Assembly (NCBI GenBank): GCA_963776345.1
Contig: CAVZMH010000016.1
Span: forward strand, 576,001-640,000
Source: an uncultured delta proteobacterium
Lineage (GTDB): Bacteria; Myxococcota; Myxococcia; Myxococcales; Myxococcaceae
Reading direction: 5' to 3'
DNA length: 64,000 bases
Position numbers and translations under genes: made by a program. The notes beneath the pieces are model-generated. The model did no database searches. It had not been told where the DNA came from and saw only the letters and a program-made list of their open reading frames with translations. The first letter of the stretch is position 1. Each line of letters begins with the position of its first letter. Shown here one piece after another: positions 35,382-45,346 of the stretch.

Positions 35382-35519
35382 CGCGTGGTTGCCTCGGCCA
35401 TCTAACAGGCGGAAGGCGGCGGTTCCATCCTGTACAGAGGGTCGCTCAGCCCGGGGGGGAGAGAGGCGGCAGCCCGGGTGGGAGGGCTGAGCGGCGCCCT
35501 GGTCGCGGCCCGTTTCTCG

Positions 35520-36413
35520 TCAGGCGTGCGGATGCGCCCGGTCGTACACCGCCTGGAGCTGCTCGATGCTCACCTGGGTGTAGCGCTGGGTCGTGGAGAG
35601 GCTCGCGTGCCCCAGGAGCTCCTGGATGCAGCGCACGTCCGCTCCCCCGGCCAGCAGGTGGGTGGCGAACGAGTGCCGGAGCGCGTGCGGGCTCACCCTT
35701 CGCTGCAGCGCGAGCTGGAGGACCGTCCGGTCCAGGTGGCGGGCGACGCTGCGGGTGGTGAGCCGGCCGCCCCGGTGGTTGAGGAAGAGCGCCGCCAGGT
35801 CCTGGCCGCTGGCCGGACGCGCCAGGAGCTCGCCCCGCCGCTCGAGCCAGCGCCGGAGCGCGGCGACGCACCCCGGGTTCATCGGGCAGAGCCGCTCCTT
35901 CCGGCCCTTGCCGAGGACGCGGACGGAGCGGGCGCGCAGGTCGAGGTCGTCGACGTCCAGCCCGCACGCCTCGCTCACCCGGAGCCCGGAGCCGTAGAGC
36001 AGCTCGAACAGCGCCCGGTCGCGGAGCCCGAGCGGCCCGTCCTTTCCGGGAACGGCGAGCACCGCGAACACTTCGTCGACCGGGAGCACGTGCGGCAATC
36101 GCGTCGGGAGCTTGGGGCTCCGGACGGTGCGGGCGGGGTTCGACGGCACCCGGCCGGTGGCGACCAGGTGCCGGTACAGGGCGCGGACCGAGGCGAGCGC
36201 GCGGGCGCGGCTCCGCGGCGCGTGGTCGACGGCCAGCGTCCCGAGCCAGCCGCGGATGGTGCCATGGTCGGCGGTCGCCAGGTCGCGGCCCGCTCCCTCG
36301 AGGTAGCGGGCGAAGGCGCGCACGTCGGTGAGGTAGGCCTTCACCGTGTGCGGCGAGCTGCCGCGGGTGTGGGCCAGCGTCTCCTCGAAGTCGACGATCC
36401 AGGCCTGCTGCAT
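35520..36413 (-). CDS. xerC: Tyrosine recombinase XerC
   Basis: SPHTVKAY, LYGSGLRVSE, GKGRKER, PHALRHSFATHLL, LLGHASLSTTQRY and AHPHA; typical position upstream of hslVU. Confidence 0.93.
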   Translation of the reverse strand: MQQAWIVDFEETLAHTRGSSPHTVKAYLTDVRAFARYLEGAGRDLATADHGTIRGWLGTLAVDHAPRSRARALASVRALYRHLVATGRVPSNPARTVRSPKLPTRLPHVLPVDEVFAVLAVPGKDGPLGLRDRALFELLYGSGLRVSEACGLDVDDLDLRARSVRVLGKGRKERLCPMNPGCVAALRRWLERRGELLARPASGQDLAALFLNHRGGRLTTRSVARHLDRTVLQLALQRRVSPHALRHSFATHLLAGGADVRCIQELLGHASLSTTQRYTQVSIEQLQAVYDRAHPHA

Positions 36414-36555
36414 CGGTTCCTGGAGCCTAGGACCCTGGCCCCGGGGGGGCGAGATTCCGGCCCGAGCCGAGGGGTGAGCAGGCGATGACGTCTTCTGGCC
36501 GTTTCCCACGCATGGACCGACGGGGCTCCCCCAATCTTCCTTCTCCGAGGTCACG

Positions 36556-37497
36556 ATGCGCGCTCGTTTCCTGAATTTCCTGGCCCTCGTCCTTCTCGCC
36601 GCCTGCGGTGGGAGCGGCCCCAACGGCCCGGGAGGCGGCGGTTCGGGATTCACCGCGAGGATCGACGGCCAGAGCTGGCAGGCGGACGCCCTCGGCGCCT
36701 CCGCGGCGGCGGTCCCGGGTGTGCCCGGCGGGCTGGTGATCGTCGGTTCACAGACCACGGGAGGGGTCACCCGGGGGCTGACGATCAGCCTGTACAACGT
36801 CTCCGGGCCCGGGACGTACGCCCTCGGGGTGAGCAACGACGTCTTCGGCGGGACCGGCTCGGTTGGCGAGGGCTCGGGGTCCGGTGGCAACGCGCAGACC
36901 TGGATCACCGACAACACCGGGAGCGCAGGGACGATCACCTTGACCACGCTGTCAGGCGGCCGGATCGCAGGGACGTTCTCCTATGTCGCGAGTCCGGGGC
37001 ACACCAACACCGTGGGCGGCACCCGCACCGTGACCGACGGGAGCCTGGACCTGGCGCTCACCGGCAACCTCGTCTCCGTCCCGGCGAACGTCGGGAGCAA
37101 GCTGAGCGCCCAGCTGGGAAGCCAGGCTTACAACGCCTCCACGGTCACCGCGGCGGCGCACGACCCGCTGGGAGGCGCGGGGATGCAGATCAGCAGCGTG
37201 AACAAGGACCACGGAGTGTCCTTCACCTTGAGCGGGGTGAGCGCTCCCGGGACCTACGCCCTGAGCAACACCGGGACCGCCCGCCTCCTCAGCGCCGGTC
37301 ACAACGGCGGGGACGCAAACCACTGCTGCTGGGGAGGCGGCAACACCGGCGCGGACGTGGGCTCGATCACCATCACCAGCCTCACCGCCGACCGGGTGAA
37401 GGGCACGTTCAGCGCCACCCTGCAGCCGGTGCCGGGCAAGCCGGCCACCACGCCGCTGACGGTCGCGAGCGGAAGCTTCGACGTCGGGTTCCAGTGA
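36556..37497 (+). CDS. Lipoprotein with two tandem beta-rich (DUF6252-like) domains
   Basis: Lipobox LLAAC. Internal duplication FTARIDGQSW..GTYAL..GTITLT..RIAGTFS..VTDGSLD versus LSAQLGSQAY..GTYAL..GSITIT..RVKGTFS..VASGSFD. Confidence 0.75.
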   Translation: MRARFLNFLALVLLAACGGSGPNGPGGGGSGFTARIDGQSWQADALGASAAAVPGVPGGLVIVGSQTTGGVTRGLTISLYNVSGPGTYALGVSNDVFGGTGSVGEGSGSGGNAQTWITDNTGSAGTITLTTLSGGRIAGTFSYVASPGHTNTVGGTRTVTDGSLDLALTGNLVSVPANVGSKLSAQLGSQAYNASTVTAAAHDPLGGAGMQISSVNKDHGVSFTLSGVSAPGTYALSNTGTARLLSAGHNGGDANHCCWGGGNTGADVGSITITSLTADRVKGTFSATLQPVPGKPATTPLTVASGSFDVGFQ

Positions 37498-37522
37498 GCG
37501 CCCCCCGGAGCCCGACTTCGAC

Positions 37523-39100
37523 TCAGGGGACCTGCTCGCAGACGTAAAACCCGGAGCGCTCCCCCTGGGAGACGAGGTAGACGACCTTGTTCCCGGCCGG
37601 GTCGGCGAAGAGCGCCGGGAGGAGAATGCGCTCCTCCAGCGTGACCCGGACGCTGGTCTTAAGGTTCATGACGGCGACGTCGTACGTCTCGGCATCGCTC
37701 CGGGCGTAGGTGACGAGCATCCGGTTGCCGGCCTCGCTGGGGCGGAACCCAAAGATGCCCTCGAGGATGGGCGTGGGCTTGCCGTCGGGGATGCTCGGAT
37801 CGTGCCGTTCCAGGGTGCAGGCCCGGGCCTCGCGGATGCACTCGGACCGGAGATAGAGCGCGCCGCCCGGGCCGAAGTCGTAGCCGTAGACGTTGGCCAT
37901 GACCGCCGAGGCGGACGGCTTCCCCCGCGCATACAGCCACAGGTCCACCGAGGGCAGGGGCTGGAACACGCGCAGGTTGAAGGCCAGGTACTTGTTGTCC
38001 GGGCTCCAGACCCAGGTCGTTACCCGCTTGCCGAGCTCGACCGGTGCACCGTCGGGGAGCGGGGCATAAGTGAGCCGGCCCCACTTCTGCTGCTCGTCGT
38101 AGTTGGCCAGCGCGGCGACCGCCTTCCCGTCCGGGGCGAAGGAGAAGTCGCCCACCCGTTCGGCGACCTTCCGCGCGGTGCCTCCCGTCGCGGGGCCGAC
38201 CACCAGGTTGCCGATGGACGAGGCCTTCTCCCGCTCGATGCGGGCGAGCATCGCGCCGTCGGGGGAGAAGGCGAAGGGCCCGGTGCCGGTCACCACGCGG
38301 GTGGGCTTGCCGTCGGGGAGCGGGGCAACCCAGAGGTCTCGTCCGTCCTTGACCACCGTGCTCTTCACCGCGAAGGCGACGCGCTTGCCGTCCGGGGCGA
38401 GCGTCCAGTCGCCCACCGAGTCGCCGAGCCGGACCGCGGGTCGGTTGCCGTCGACCGGGACGCGTTCGAGCGTACCGCTCGCCGACGTCCGGTGGTGCAC
38501 CAGGAGGAGCGCGCCATCGGGGGTGAACTGGGCGGTGGAGACGTCGCTGGCCACGGCGCGCGCGGTGCTGCCGGCCTCTAGCGTCGCCAGCCGGAGCACG
38601 CCGCCGTCGACGAAGGCGAAGGCGCTCCCGGTGGGGCTCACGGTCACGAACGAGACCGCGCGGCCCCGGGTCTCGGGCTCGCCCGCGGAGCCGAGCTGGA
38701 AGGTGTGCAGGGTCCCGGACTCGGCCGCCGCGTTGTACCCGTCGACGAAGAAGAGCCATCTCGAGTCGGGGCTGAAGAGCACGCTGCCCGGGCGGTTGGA
38801 GACGCCCTGGCCCACGAAGCGGACCACGCCGTCCTTCAGCGAGGCGACGCCGAGCTCGCCGAGCGCCATCAGGGGCGACACGCCCTGGATGGCGGGCCGC
38901 TTCGGGTTGCGGAGGAAGGTCGCCCAGGCGCCGTCCTTGGTGAGCTTGAGATCCGCCACCGGCCCTCCCGCGAGCCGCTTGCCGAGGCCGCCGACCAGGG
39001 GCTTCTCCTCCGGCGCAGGCGCTCCGCCGCCCTTGCTGCAGCCCGCGACGGCACAGGCCAGCAGGACGGGCCCGAGGATGCTCCGCGCGCGCGCCGTCAC
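37523..39100 (-). CDS. aglU: TolB/WD-repeat-like lipoprotein, probable gliding-motility/sporulation protein AglU
   Basis: Lipobox AVAGC; many FSPDG/APDG blades; coupled directly downstream of trmFO(gid), the arrangement remembered for M. xanthus aglU. Confidence 0.7.
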   Translation of the reverse strand: MTARARSILGPVLLACAVAGCSKGGGAPAPEEKPLVGGLGKRLAGGPVADLKLTKDGAWATFLRNPKRPAIQGVSPLMALGELGVASLKDGVVRFVGQGVSNRPGSVLFSPDSRWLFFVDGYNAAAESGTLHTFQLGSAGEPETRGRAVSFVTVSPTGSAFAFVDGGVLRLATLEAGSTARAVASDVSTAQFTPDGALLLVHHRTSASGTLERVPVDGNRPAVRLGDSVGDWTLAPDGKRVAFAVKSTVVKDGRDLWVAPLPDGKPTRVVTGTGPFAFSPDGAMLARIEREKASSIGNLVVGPATGGTARKVAERVGDFSFAPDGKAVAALANYDEQQKWGRLTYAPLPDGAPVELGKRVTTWVWSPDNKYLAFNLRVFQPLPSVDLWLYARGKPSASAVMANVYGYDFGPGGALYLRSECIREARACTLERHDPSIPDGKPTPILEGIFGFRPSEAGNRMLVTYARSDAETYDVAVMNLKTSVRVTLEERILLPALFADPAGNKVVYLVSQGERSGFYVCEQVP

Positions 39101-40464
39101 CGGGCCACCCCCGCCGCGGCAAGGCCATCCGCGGATTCCCCCGTCCAGGACGAGGGATCGGTGAGCTCGATCCACGAGGAGAGAGCGGCGCGGGCGCGCG
39201 ACGCGTGGGCCTCGCGGCGTACGGACTTCGGGACCCGGCCGGGCAGCGGCGGGAAGAGGCCGAAGGTCACGTTCGAGGGCTGGTACTCGGTCCCCGGCGG
39301 GTGCGCCGCCCCGGTCACGTGCCGGTAGAGCGCCCCGAGCGCCGTCTCCGCCGGCGGCGGCATGAAGGCCCGCCCGTGCCGGCGCGCCGCCACCGAGAGG
39401 GCCACGAGGTACCCGGACGCCGCCGACTCCACGTAGCCCTCCACCCCGGAGATCTGCCCGGCGAACCACACCCGCGGCTCGGCCCGGAGCGACAGGTCGG
39501 TCCCCAGCAGCCGGGGCCCGTCGATGAACGTGTTCCGGTGAATCTGCCCCATCCGCAGGAACTCCGCGTTCGCGAGCCCCGGCAGCGTCCGGAACACCCG
39601 CCGCTGCTCGGGCCAGGTCAGCCGCGTCTGGAAGCCGACGAGGTTGTACGCCGTCCCGCCCAGGTCCTCCTGCCGCAGCTGCACCACCGCGTACGGGCGC
39701 CGCCCCGTCCGAGGATCCACCAGGCCCACCGGCTTCATCGGCCCGTGCGCCAGCGTCTCCTCCCCCCGCTCCGCCATCACCTCGATGGGCAGGCAGCCCT
39801 CGAAGTACCGCGCCTCCTCGAAGGCATGCGGCACCACCTTCTCCGCCGAGAGGAGCGCCGCGACGAACGCCCGGTACCCGGCCTCGTCCAGCGGGAGGTT
39901 CAGGTAGTCCGCCCCGTCGCCCCGGCCCCAGCGGCTGGCCCGGAACGCCACGCCCTCGTCCACCGAGTCGGCGGCGACGATGGGGGCGATCGAGTCGTAG
40001 AAGTAGAGCTTGTCCCCGGTCCAGCGGGAGAGCGCGCGGGTGAGCGCCTCGGAGGTCAACGGTCCGGTGGCCACCACCACGTCGCCCGCCGGCAGGGCCT
40101 CCACCTCCCCCACCACCCGCTCCAGCCCCGGCGCCGCGGCGAGCGCCCGCTCCACCCCGGCCGAGAAGCGCTCCCGGTCCACCGCCAGGGCCTCGCCGGC
40201 AGGCACCCGGGATCGGTCCGCCTCGCCCAGGATGACCGACCCGAGCCGCCGGAGCTCGGCGTGGAGCAGCCCGATGGGCGTGTCCGGACTGTCCGACCGG
40301 AGGCTGTTGCTGCACACCAGCTCGGCCGGCGCGTCGGTCCGGTGGGCCGGACTCCGGCGCACCGGCTTCATCTCGCACAGGCGGACGGGGATGCCTCGCC
40401 GCGCGAGCTGCAGCGCGCACTCGCTCCCGGCGAGCCCCGCGCCGATGACCGTGACCGATTCCAT
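39097..40464 (-). CDS. trmFO: Folate-dependent tRNA (uracil-54)-methyltransferase TrmFO (Gid)
   Basis: [49 protein letters not shown] and [14 protein letters not shown]. Confidence 0.97.
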   Translation of the reverse strand: MESVTVIGAGLAGSECALQLARRGIPVRLCEMKPVRRSPAHRTDAPAELVCSNSLRSDSPDTPIGLLHAELRRLGSVILGEADRSRVPAGEALAVDRERFSAGVERALAAAPGLERVVGEVEALPAGDVVVATGPLTSEALTRALSRWTGDKLYFYDSIAPIVAADSVDEGVAFRASRWGRGDGADYLNLPLDEAGYRAFVAALLSAEKVVPHAFEEARYFEGCLPIEVMAERGEETLAHGPMKPVGLVDPRTGRRPYAVVQLRQEDLGGTAYNLVGFQTRLTWPEQRRVFRTLPGLANAEFLRMGQIHRNTFIDGPRLLGTDLSLRAEPRVWFAGQISGVEGYVESAASGYLVALSVAARRHGRAFMPPPAETALGALYRHVTGAAHPPGTEYQPSNVTFGLFPPLPGRVPKSVRREAHASRARAALSSWIELTDPSSWTGESADGLAAAGVAR

Positions 40465-40514
40465 GCTGCTCTCCTGGCCCAAAGGGGGCCCGGCTGCAAC
40501 ACGAGAAGCAAGAG

Positions 40515-41105
40515 CTAACCTTCGCCGCCCTCGCCCTTCTGGAGCACCACGAAGCGGTAGTTCTCCAGCTCGGCCTGGCCGGCCGTGTAGAGCACGGTGA
40601 GGAGCAGGTCGTAGGGGATCTTCCGGTCGCCGATGACCGACAGCTCCCGGCTGAACGGCGCGGAGGGGTTGCGCGAGGCGATGAGCTTCAGCTTGTCCAC
40701 CTCGCGCCGCAGCGCCTGGTCCAGCGGCTTCACCAGCCGACCGTCGAGCATCCCGACCGGGATCTGCCCGTTCTCCAGCACCACCACGACCCTGTCCCCC
40801 ACCAGGATGTCCCTGGGGGTGATGGTGACCGCCACCGTGTCCTTGGGCACCGCCCGGGTGCTGGAGATGGGCGGCTTCACCTCTTCGCTCTGGGTGAGCG
40901 AGATGGCCGAGGCCGCGTAGGACTTGAGGAGGAACACCAGGATGATGGTCATCATGTCCATCATCGCGGTGATGTTGAGCTCGTGAATCTCGCCGGCGGC
41001 GTCGCGCTCCTTCCGCCTCTTGCGCGCCAGCGCCTTGCGGAACATCAGCCGCTGCAGCGTCTCCTCGTCCAGCTCCGGAGATCTGGAAGCCGGGGCGGCC
41101 ATCAC
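40515..41105 (-). CDS. ExbD/TolR-family motor subunit (AglS-like)
   Basis: [24 protein letters not shown] with the conserved Asp; GDRKIPY periplasmic motif. Confidence 0.88.
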   Translation of the reverse strand: MMAAPASRSPELDEETLQRLMFRKALARKRRKERDAAGEIHELNITAMMDMMTIILVFLLKSYAASAISLTQSEEVKPPISSTRAVPKDTVAVTITPRDILVGDRVVVVLENGQIPVGMLDGRLVKPLDQALRREVDKLKLIASRNPSAPFSRELSVIGDRKIPYDLLLTVLYTAGQAELENYRFVVLQKGEGGEG

Positions 41106-41641
41106 ATCGCTCCCAGGGTGACGTCGGTGAAGAGCAGCTTGCGGTCGCGGCCCGGCGTCTCGCGGATCGCGTCCATGGTCGAAACCAGGACCTCGTAGGA
41201 GATGTCGCCTTCGGCCCCGACGATGACCTTCGACTCGGAGGGGAACTCCTTCTTCACGTTCACCATCGACTCGGTGAGCGCCGTGTAGTCGTAGCTGCCG
41301 TCGGTCTTCTTGGGGATGCTGGGCGGCGCCTCCGCCGGGTTCGGCTGGGACTGCTGCTGGCCGACCACGCCGCCCGTCGCCGCGACGTAGAAGCCCTTCT
41401 TGGAGATGAGCACGGTCAGGAGGAGCTTCGGCTTGTCCCCCTCCTCGGTCACCTGGGTGCTCGGGCCGCCGTAGTTGGGCGCGTTCACGTTCAGGATGCC
41501 GAACGCCGACAGGCCGGTGATCGACAGGAGCATGAACATGATCAGGTTCATGAGGATGTCGAGGTAGGGGACGATGTTGAGCCCCTCGGCCTCCTCCCGC
41601 TCACGGACCCGGAGCTTTCGCTTGCTGTAGAAGAAGGCCAT
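41102..41641 (-). CDS. ExbD/TolR-family motor subunit (AglQ-like)
   Basis: [20 protein letters not shown] with the conserved Asp; [19 protein letters not shown]. Confidence 0.88.
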   Translation of the reverse strand: MAFFYSKRKLRVREREEAEGLNIVPYLDILMNLIMFMLLSITGLSAFGILNVNAPNYGGPSTQVTEEGDKPKLLLTVLISKKGFYVAATGGVVGQQQSQPNPAEAPPSIPKKTDGSYDYTALTESMVNVKKEFPSESKVIVGAEGDISYEVLVSTMDAIRETPGRDRKLLFTDVTLGAM

Positions 41642-41664
41642 GGGCGCGCGCTGCCGCGGCTCCT

Positions 41665-42396
41665 CTACGCCGAGCGCTCGAAGTCCATCGCCGAGGTCTC
41701 GCCCGCCGCGCGACGCGAGAGGAGGTTTTCCAGCTTCAGCGCGCTGAGCTCGACCGTCTCCACCATCCTCTTGGCGTACGCGGTCAGGAAGAGATGGGCG
41801 ACGATACAGGACACCGCGATGCCCAGGCCGAAGGCGGTGTTGTTCATCGCCTCCGAGATGCCGTTGGAGAGGATGGCCTGCTTCTGGTCCGCGGGCACGT
41901 TGCCCAGCGACTGGAAGGTGATGATCAGACCGCTGATGGTGCCGAGGAGGCCCACCAGGGTCGCGATGTTGGCGAGCGACCAGAGCCAGGGGATGCGCGA
42001 CTGGATGGGCGGGGTGTACTCGAGGATGGCCTCCTCGACGCTCTTGGCCACCTCCATCTCGCCGCGGTTCGCCCGGGTGAGGCCGGCGCGGATGACCCGG
42101 GCCAGGGGCGAGTTCGGCGCCGCGCCGCAGAGCTTCACCGCGCGGTCCACGTTGCCGGTGAGCACCAGCTTCGTCACCTGCTCCATGAACGGCTCGGCGT
42201 TCAGGTTGTAGCGGAACATCAGCGTGACGACGCGCTCGACCACCACCGCGATCGCGCACGCCATCCAGAAGATGTTCACGTACATGAACGGGCCACCCTC
42301 CTTGAAAAACCGAACGATCGAGTCGGCGGCCCCGCCCTTCGCGGCAGGCGCGGCAGCCAGCACGAGCTCGACCAGGTGGCTCATCGACGTGCTCAT
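41665..42396 (-). CDS. MotA/TolQ/ExbB proton channel subunit (AglR-like)
   Basis: GGPFMY, ANIATLVGLLGTISGLI and GISEAMNNTAFGL; three TMs. Confidence 0.92.
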   Translation of the reverse strand: MSTSMSHLVELVLAAAPAAKGGAADSIVRFFKEGGPFMYVNIFWMACAIAVVVERVVTLMFRYNLNAEPFMEQVTKLVLTGNVDRAVKLCGAAPNSPLARVIRAGLTRANRGEMEVAKSVEEAILEYTPPIQSRIPWLWSLANIATLVGLLGTISGLIITFQSLGNVPADQKQAILSNGISEAMNNTAFGLGIAVSCIVAHLFLTAYAKRMVETVELSALKLENLLSRRAAGETSAMDFERSA

Positions 42397-42532
42397 GGAC
42401 GGGTGAATCCTTTCCGGTGCGCCTGCTCCATCGGGCCGGCGCGTTCAGTCTGCTGCAGAAGGGGGCGGCCCCGGGAGGACGAGCGGCAAACGGGGGCGCA
42501 GGAAGGGGTGCTTCACGGAAGACGCGAGGAAC

Positions 42533-42562
42533 ATCGTCCCTTTGCGCCCCCCGGGGTGTCAA
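42533..42562 (-). promoter_or_regulatory. Putative sigma70 promoter for the motor operon
   Basis: Minus strand TTGACA-N18-GACGAT, about 135 bp upstream of the TolQ-like start. Confidence 0.4.
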
Positions 42563-42665
42563 GAACGGCACCGGACGGAGGAGCGCCACCCGAGCTCGAT
42601 CGCGACGGCGCGGGCCGGTGCGGCGGTTGTCCCACCGGCTCGCAGATCCGCTGACCTGCCGCTCC

Positions 42666-42861
42666 GGCTCAGTCCCCCGCACCAGGGGGACGCCTGCGGA
42701 GCCGGCGCAGGAGCGCCGGCGACGATCGGGCTCAGCCCCCCGCACCAGGGGGACGCCTGCGGAGCCGGCGCAGGAGCGCCGGCGACGATCGGGCTCAGCC
42801 CCCCGCACCAGGGGGACGCCCGCGGAGCCGGCGCAGGAGCGCCGGCGACGATCGGGCTCAG
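42666..42861. repeat. Intergenic tandem repeat, 3 x 63 bp plus 7 bp, palindromic (REP/BIME-like)
   Basis: Unit GGCTCAG(T/C)CCCCCGCACCAGGGGGACGCC(T/C)GCGGAGCCGGCGCAGGAGCGCCGGCGACGATCG at 42666, 42729 and 42792; partial copy at 42855 contains the topA stop. Confidence 0.95.
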
Positions 42862-45338
42862 GCGGCGGTGGACGGCGCCACCGGCCCGCCCTCGTCCACC
42901 GAACGCGTGTAGTCGCACTCCTTGTTGGGGCAGACGATGCGCGCGCCGTCGCGCTTGCTGTACTTCTGCAGCAGGTATGGCGAGGCGCACTTCGGGCAGG
43001 CCTCGGGCAGCGGCCGGTCCCAGGCGGCGAAGGTGCAGTCGGGGTACCGGTTGCACCCGAAGAACACCTTGCCCCTCCGGCTGCGGCGCTCGGTGAGGTA
43101 GCCCACCTTGCACGTGGGACAGGCGACGCCGATCGACAAGGGCTTGCTGGTCTTGCACTCCGGGTAGCCCGAGCAGGCCATGAAGCGCCCGAACCGGCCG
43201 CGCTTGATGACCATCGGCCGGCCGCACTTCTCGCAGGTCTCCGAGGTGGGCTCCTCCTCCACCGGGACGACCTTCCCGTCGACCTCCTTGAAGTCCTTGG
43301 TGTTCTTGCACTCGGGGTAGCCGCTGCACGCCAGGAAGCGGCCCATCTTTCCCCACTTGATGGCCATCATCTTCCCGCACTTCTCGCAGTTGACGTCCGT
43401 CGGGATCTCCTCCCGCTTGACGTCGCGCATCTCCTGCTCGGCCTTGGCCAGCGTGACCTGGAATGGCCCGTAGAAGTCGCGGAGCACGCGCCGCCAGTCC
43501 GCGTCGCCCTCGGAGATCAGGTCCAGCTGCTCCTCCATGCTCGCGGTGAACGCCGCGTCCATCTCGTGGGGGAAGTGCTTCACCAGCTCCTCGGTGGTGA
43601 TGTTCCCCAGCTCGGTGGGATGGAACCGCCCCTCGAGCTTCTCCACGTACTTCTTGTCCTGGATGACCGAGAGGATGGCGGCGTAGGTCGACGGCCGGCC
43701 GATGCCCCGCTCCTCAAGCTCCTTCACCAGCGAGGCCTCGGTGAACCGCGGGGGGGGCTGGGTGAAGTGCTGCTCGGACAGGAGGCCCTGGCCGACGAGC
43801 TTCAGTCGATCGCCCTCGGCGAGCTCGGGCAGCTGCACGTTGCCCTCGTCAGAGCGCGCCTCCTCTCCGGACTTCTGCTGCTCCGACTCCTCGTCGGTGG
43901 TGGGCGCCATGCCGTACACCGCCAGGTAGCCGGCGAACTTGAGGATGGAGCCGGCGGCCCGGAACGTGGCCCGGCCGGCGGCGACGTCCACCGTTGTCTG
44001 GTCGTAGACCGCGGGCTTCATTTGGCAGGCCACGAAGCGGTTCCAGATGAGCTCGTAGAGCCGCGCCATGTCCGGCTCGAGGAAGGGCCTCACCCGCTCG
44101 GGCGTCCACTCCATCGACACCGGGCGGATGGCCTCGTGCGCGTCCTGCGCGCTCTTGCGGCTCTTGTAGACCACCGGCTCGTCGGGGAGCACCTCCTTCC
44201 CGTAGGTGTCGGCGATGTACCCGCGGGCGGCCTTCACCGCGTCGTCCGAGAGGCGCACCGAGTCGGTGCGCATGTAGGTGATGAGGGCGGTCTGCCCCTC
44301 GTCGCCGAGCTCCACACCCTCGTAGAGCCGCTGGGAGAGGGTCATGGTCTTCCTGGCGGTGAAGTGCAGCCGGTTCGCGGCCTCCTGCTGGAGCTTGCTG
44401 GTGATGAAGGGCGCCGGGGCATTGCGCCGGCGCTCCCGTCGCTCCACCGTGGCGACGCGATAGTCGGCCTTGCGCAGCTCCTCGAGCAGCGCATCCGCGG
44501 TCGCCCGGTCCGGGACCTCGGCCTTCGTCCCGTCCAGCTTCGCCAGGCGCGCGCGGAACGACGGCGGCACCTTGCCCTCGAGCTCGGCCTCCAGCGTCCA
44601 GTACTCCACCGGGACGAAGGCCTTGATCTCCCGCTCCCGCTCCACGACCAGCCGGACGGCGACGGACTGCACGCGCCCCGCGGAGAGGCCGCGCCGCACC
44701 TTCTTCCAGAGCAGCGGACTGATCTGGTAGCCCACCAGCCGGTCGAGGATGCGCCGCGTCTGCTGCGAGTCGTACTTCGCCTGATCCAGGGCGCGCGGGT
44801 GGGTGATCGCCTCCTGGATGGCCTTCTTGGTGATCTCGTTGAACAGCACCCGCACCGCGTTGGGGTGGCGGAGCTCCTCGTTCAGGTGCCAGGCGATGGC
44901 CTCGCCCTCACGATCGGGGTCGGTCGCCAGGAACACCTGCTCGGCGCCCACCGCCGCCTTCTTCAGCTCCCCCAGCGCCTTCTCCTTGCTCGGGATGACC
45001 TGGTACTCGGGCGTGAAGTCGTGCTCCACGTCGATGCCCATCTTGCTCTTGGGCAGGTCCTTCACGTGGCCCACCGACGCCTTCACCACGTAGCCCGAGC
45101 CCAGGTACTTCTTGATGGTCTTCGCCTTGGCCGGCGACTCGACCACCACCAGGTAGCGCGCCCCCCGGCGCGGCGCGGGGGAGCTGGCGGCGTGCACCAC
45201 CGCCAGGGTCCGCTTCTTCGCCGCGGAGGCGCCCTTCCTGGCCTTCACCGCCGGGGCGCTCTTCCTGGCCGCGGGCTTCTTGCCCTTCCCGGCCGGGGTC
45301 GCCCCCGCGTCGACCTTCTTGGTCCGTGTCGTCGGCAT
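42858..45338 (-). CDS. topA: DNA topoisomerase I
   Basis: LVVVESPAKAKTI, LATDPDREGEAI, SAGRVQS, ITYMRTD, QDAHEAIRP and GIGRPSTY; C-terminal C4 zinc ribbons; Lys/Ala-rich N-terminal extension. Confidence 0.98.
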   Translation of the reverse strand: MPTTRTKKVDAGATPAGKGKKPAARKSAPAVKARKGASAAKKRTLAVVHAASSPAPRRGARYLVVVESPAKAKTIKKYLGSGYVVKASVGHVKDLPKSKMGIDVEHDFTPEYQVIPSKEKALGELKKAAVGAEQVFLATDPDREGEAIAWHLNEELRHPNAVRVLFNEITKKAIQEAITHPRALDQAKYDSQQTRRILDRLVGYQISPLLWKKVRRGLSAGRVQSVAVRLVVEREREIKAFVPVEYWTLEAELEGKVPPSFRARLAKLDGTKAEVPDRATADALLEELRKADYRVATVERRERRRNAPAPFITSKLQQEAANRLHFTARKTMTLSQRLYEGVELGDEGQTALITYMRTDSVRLSDDAVKAARGYIADTYGKEVLPDEPVVYKSRKSAQDAHEAIRPVSMEWTPERVRPFLEPDMARLYELIWNRFVACQMKPAVYDQTTVDVAAGRATFRAAGSILKFAGYLAVYGMAPTTDEESEQQKSGEEARSDEGNVQLPELAEGDRLKLVGQGLLSEQHFTQPPPRFTEASLVKELEERGIGRPSTYAAILSVIQDKKYVEKLEGRFHPTELGNITTEELVKHFPHEMDAAFTASMEEQLDLISEGDADWRRVLRDFYGPFQVTLAKAEQEMRDVKREEIPTDVNCEKCGKMMAIKWGKMGRFLACSGYPECKNTKDFKEVDGKVVPVEEEPTSETCEKCGRPMVIKRGRFGRFMACSGYPECKTSKPLSIGVACPTCKVGYLTERRSRRGKVFFGCNRYPDCTFAAWDRPLPEACPKCASPYLLQKYSKRDGARIVCPNKECDYTRSVDEGGPVAPSTAA

Positions 45339-45346
45339 CGTCGTCC

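Noticed and set aside
35520..36413. Phage or island integrase
   Set aside because: Size, motifs and the trmFO/hslVU context identify chromosomal XerC.
42792..42860. Selenocysteine read-through of the topA TGA (hairpin begins 11 nt after UGA, SECIS-like spacing)
   Set aside because: The loop UCCU lacks the G typical of bacterial SECIS loops, TopA is already complete, and the extension would be low-complexity.
42666..42861. CRISPR array
   Set aside because: Units are contiguous and almost identical, with no unique spacers and no cas genes in the window.
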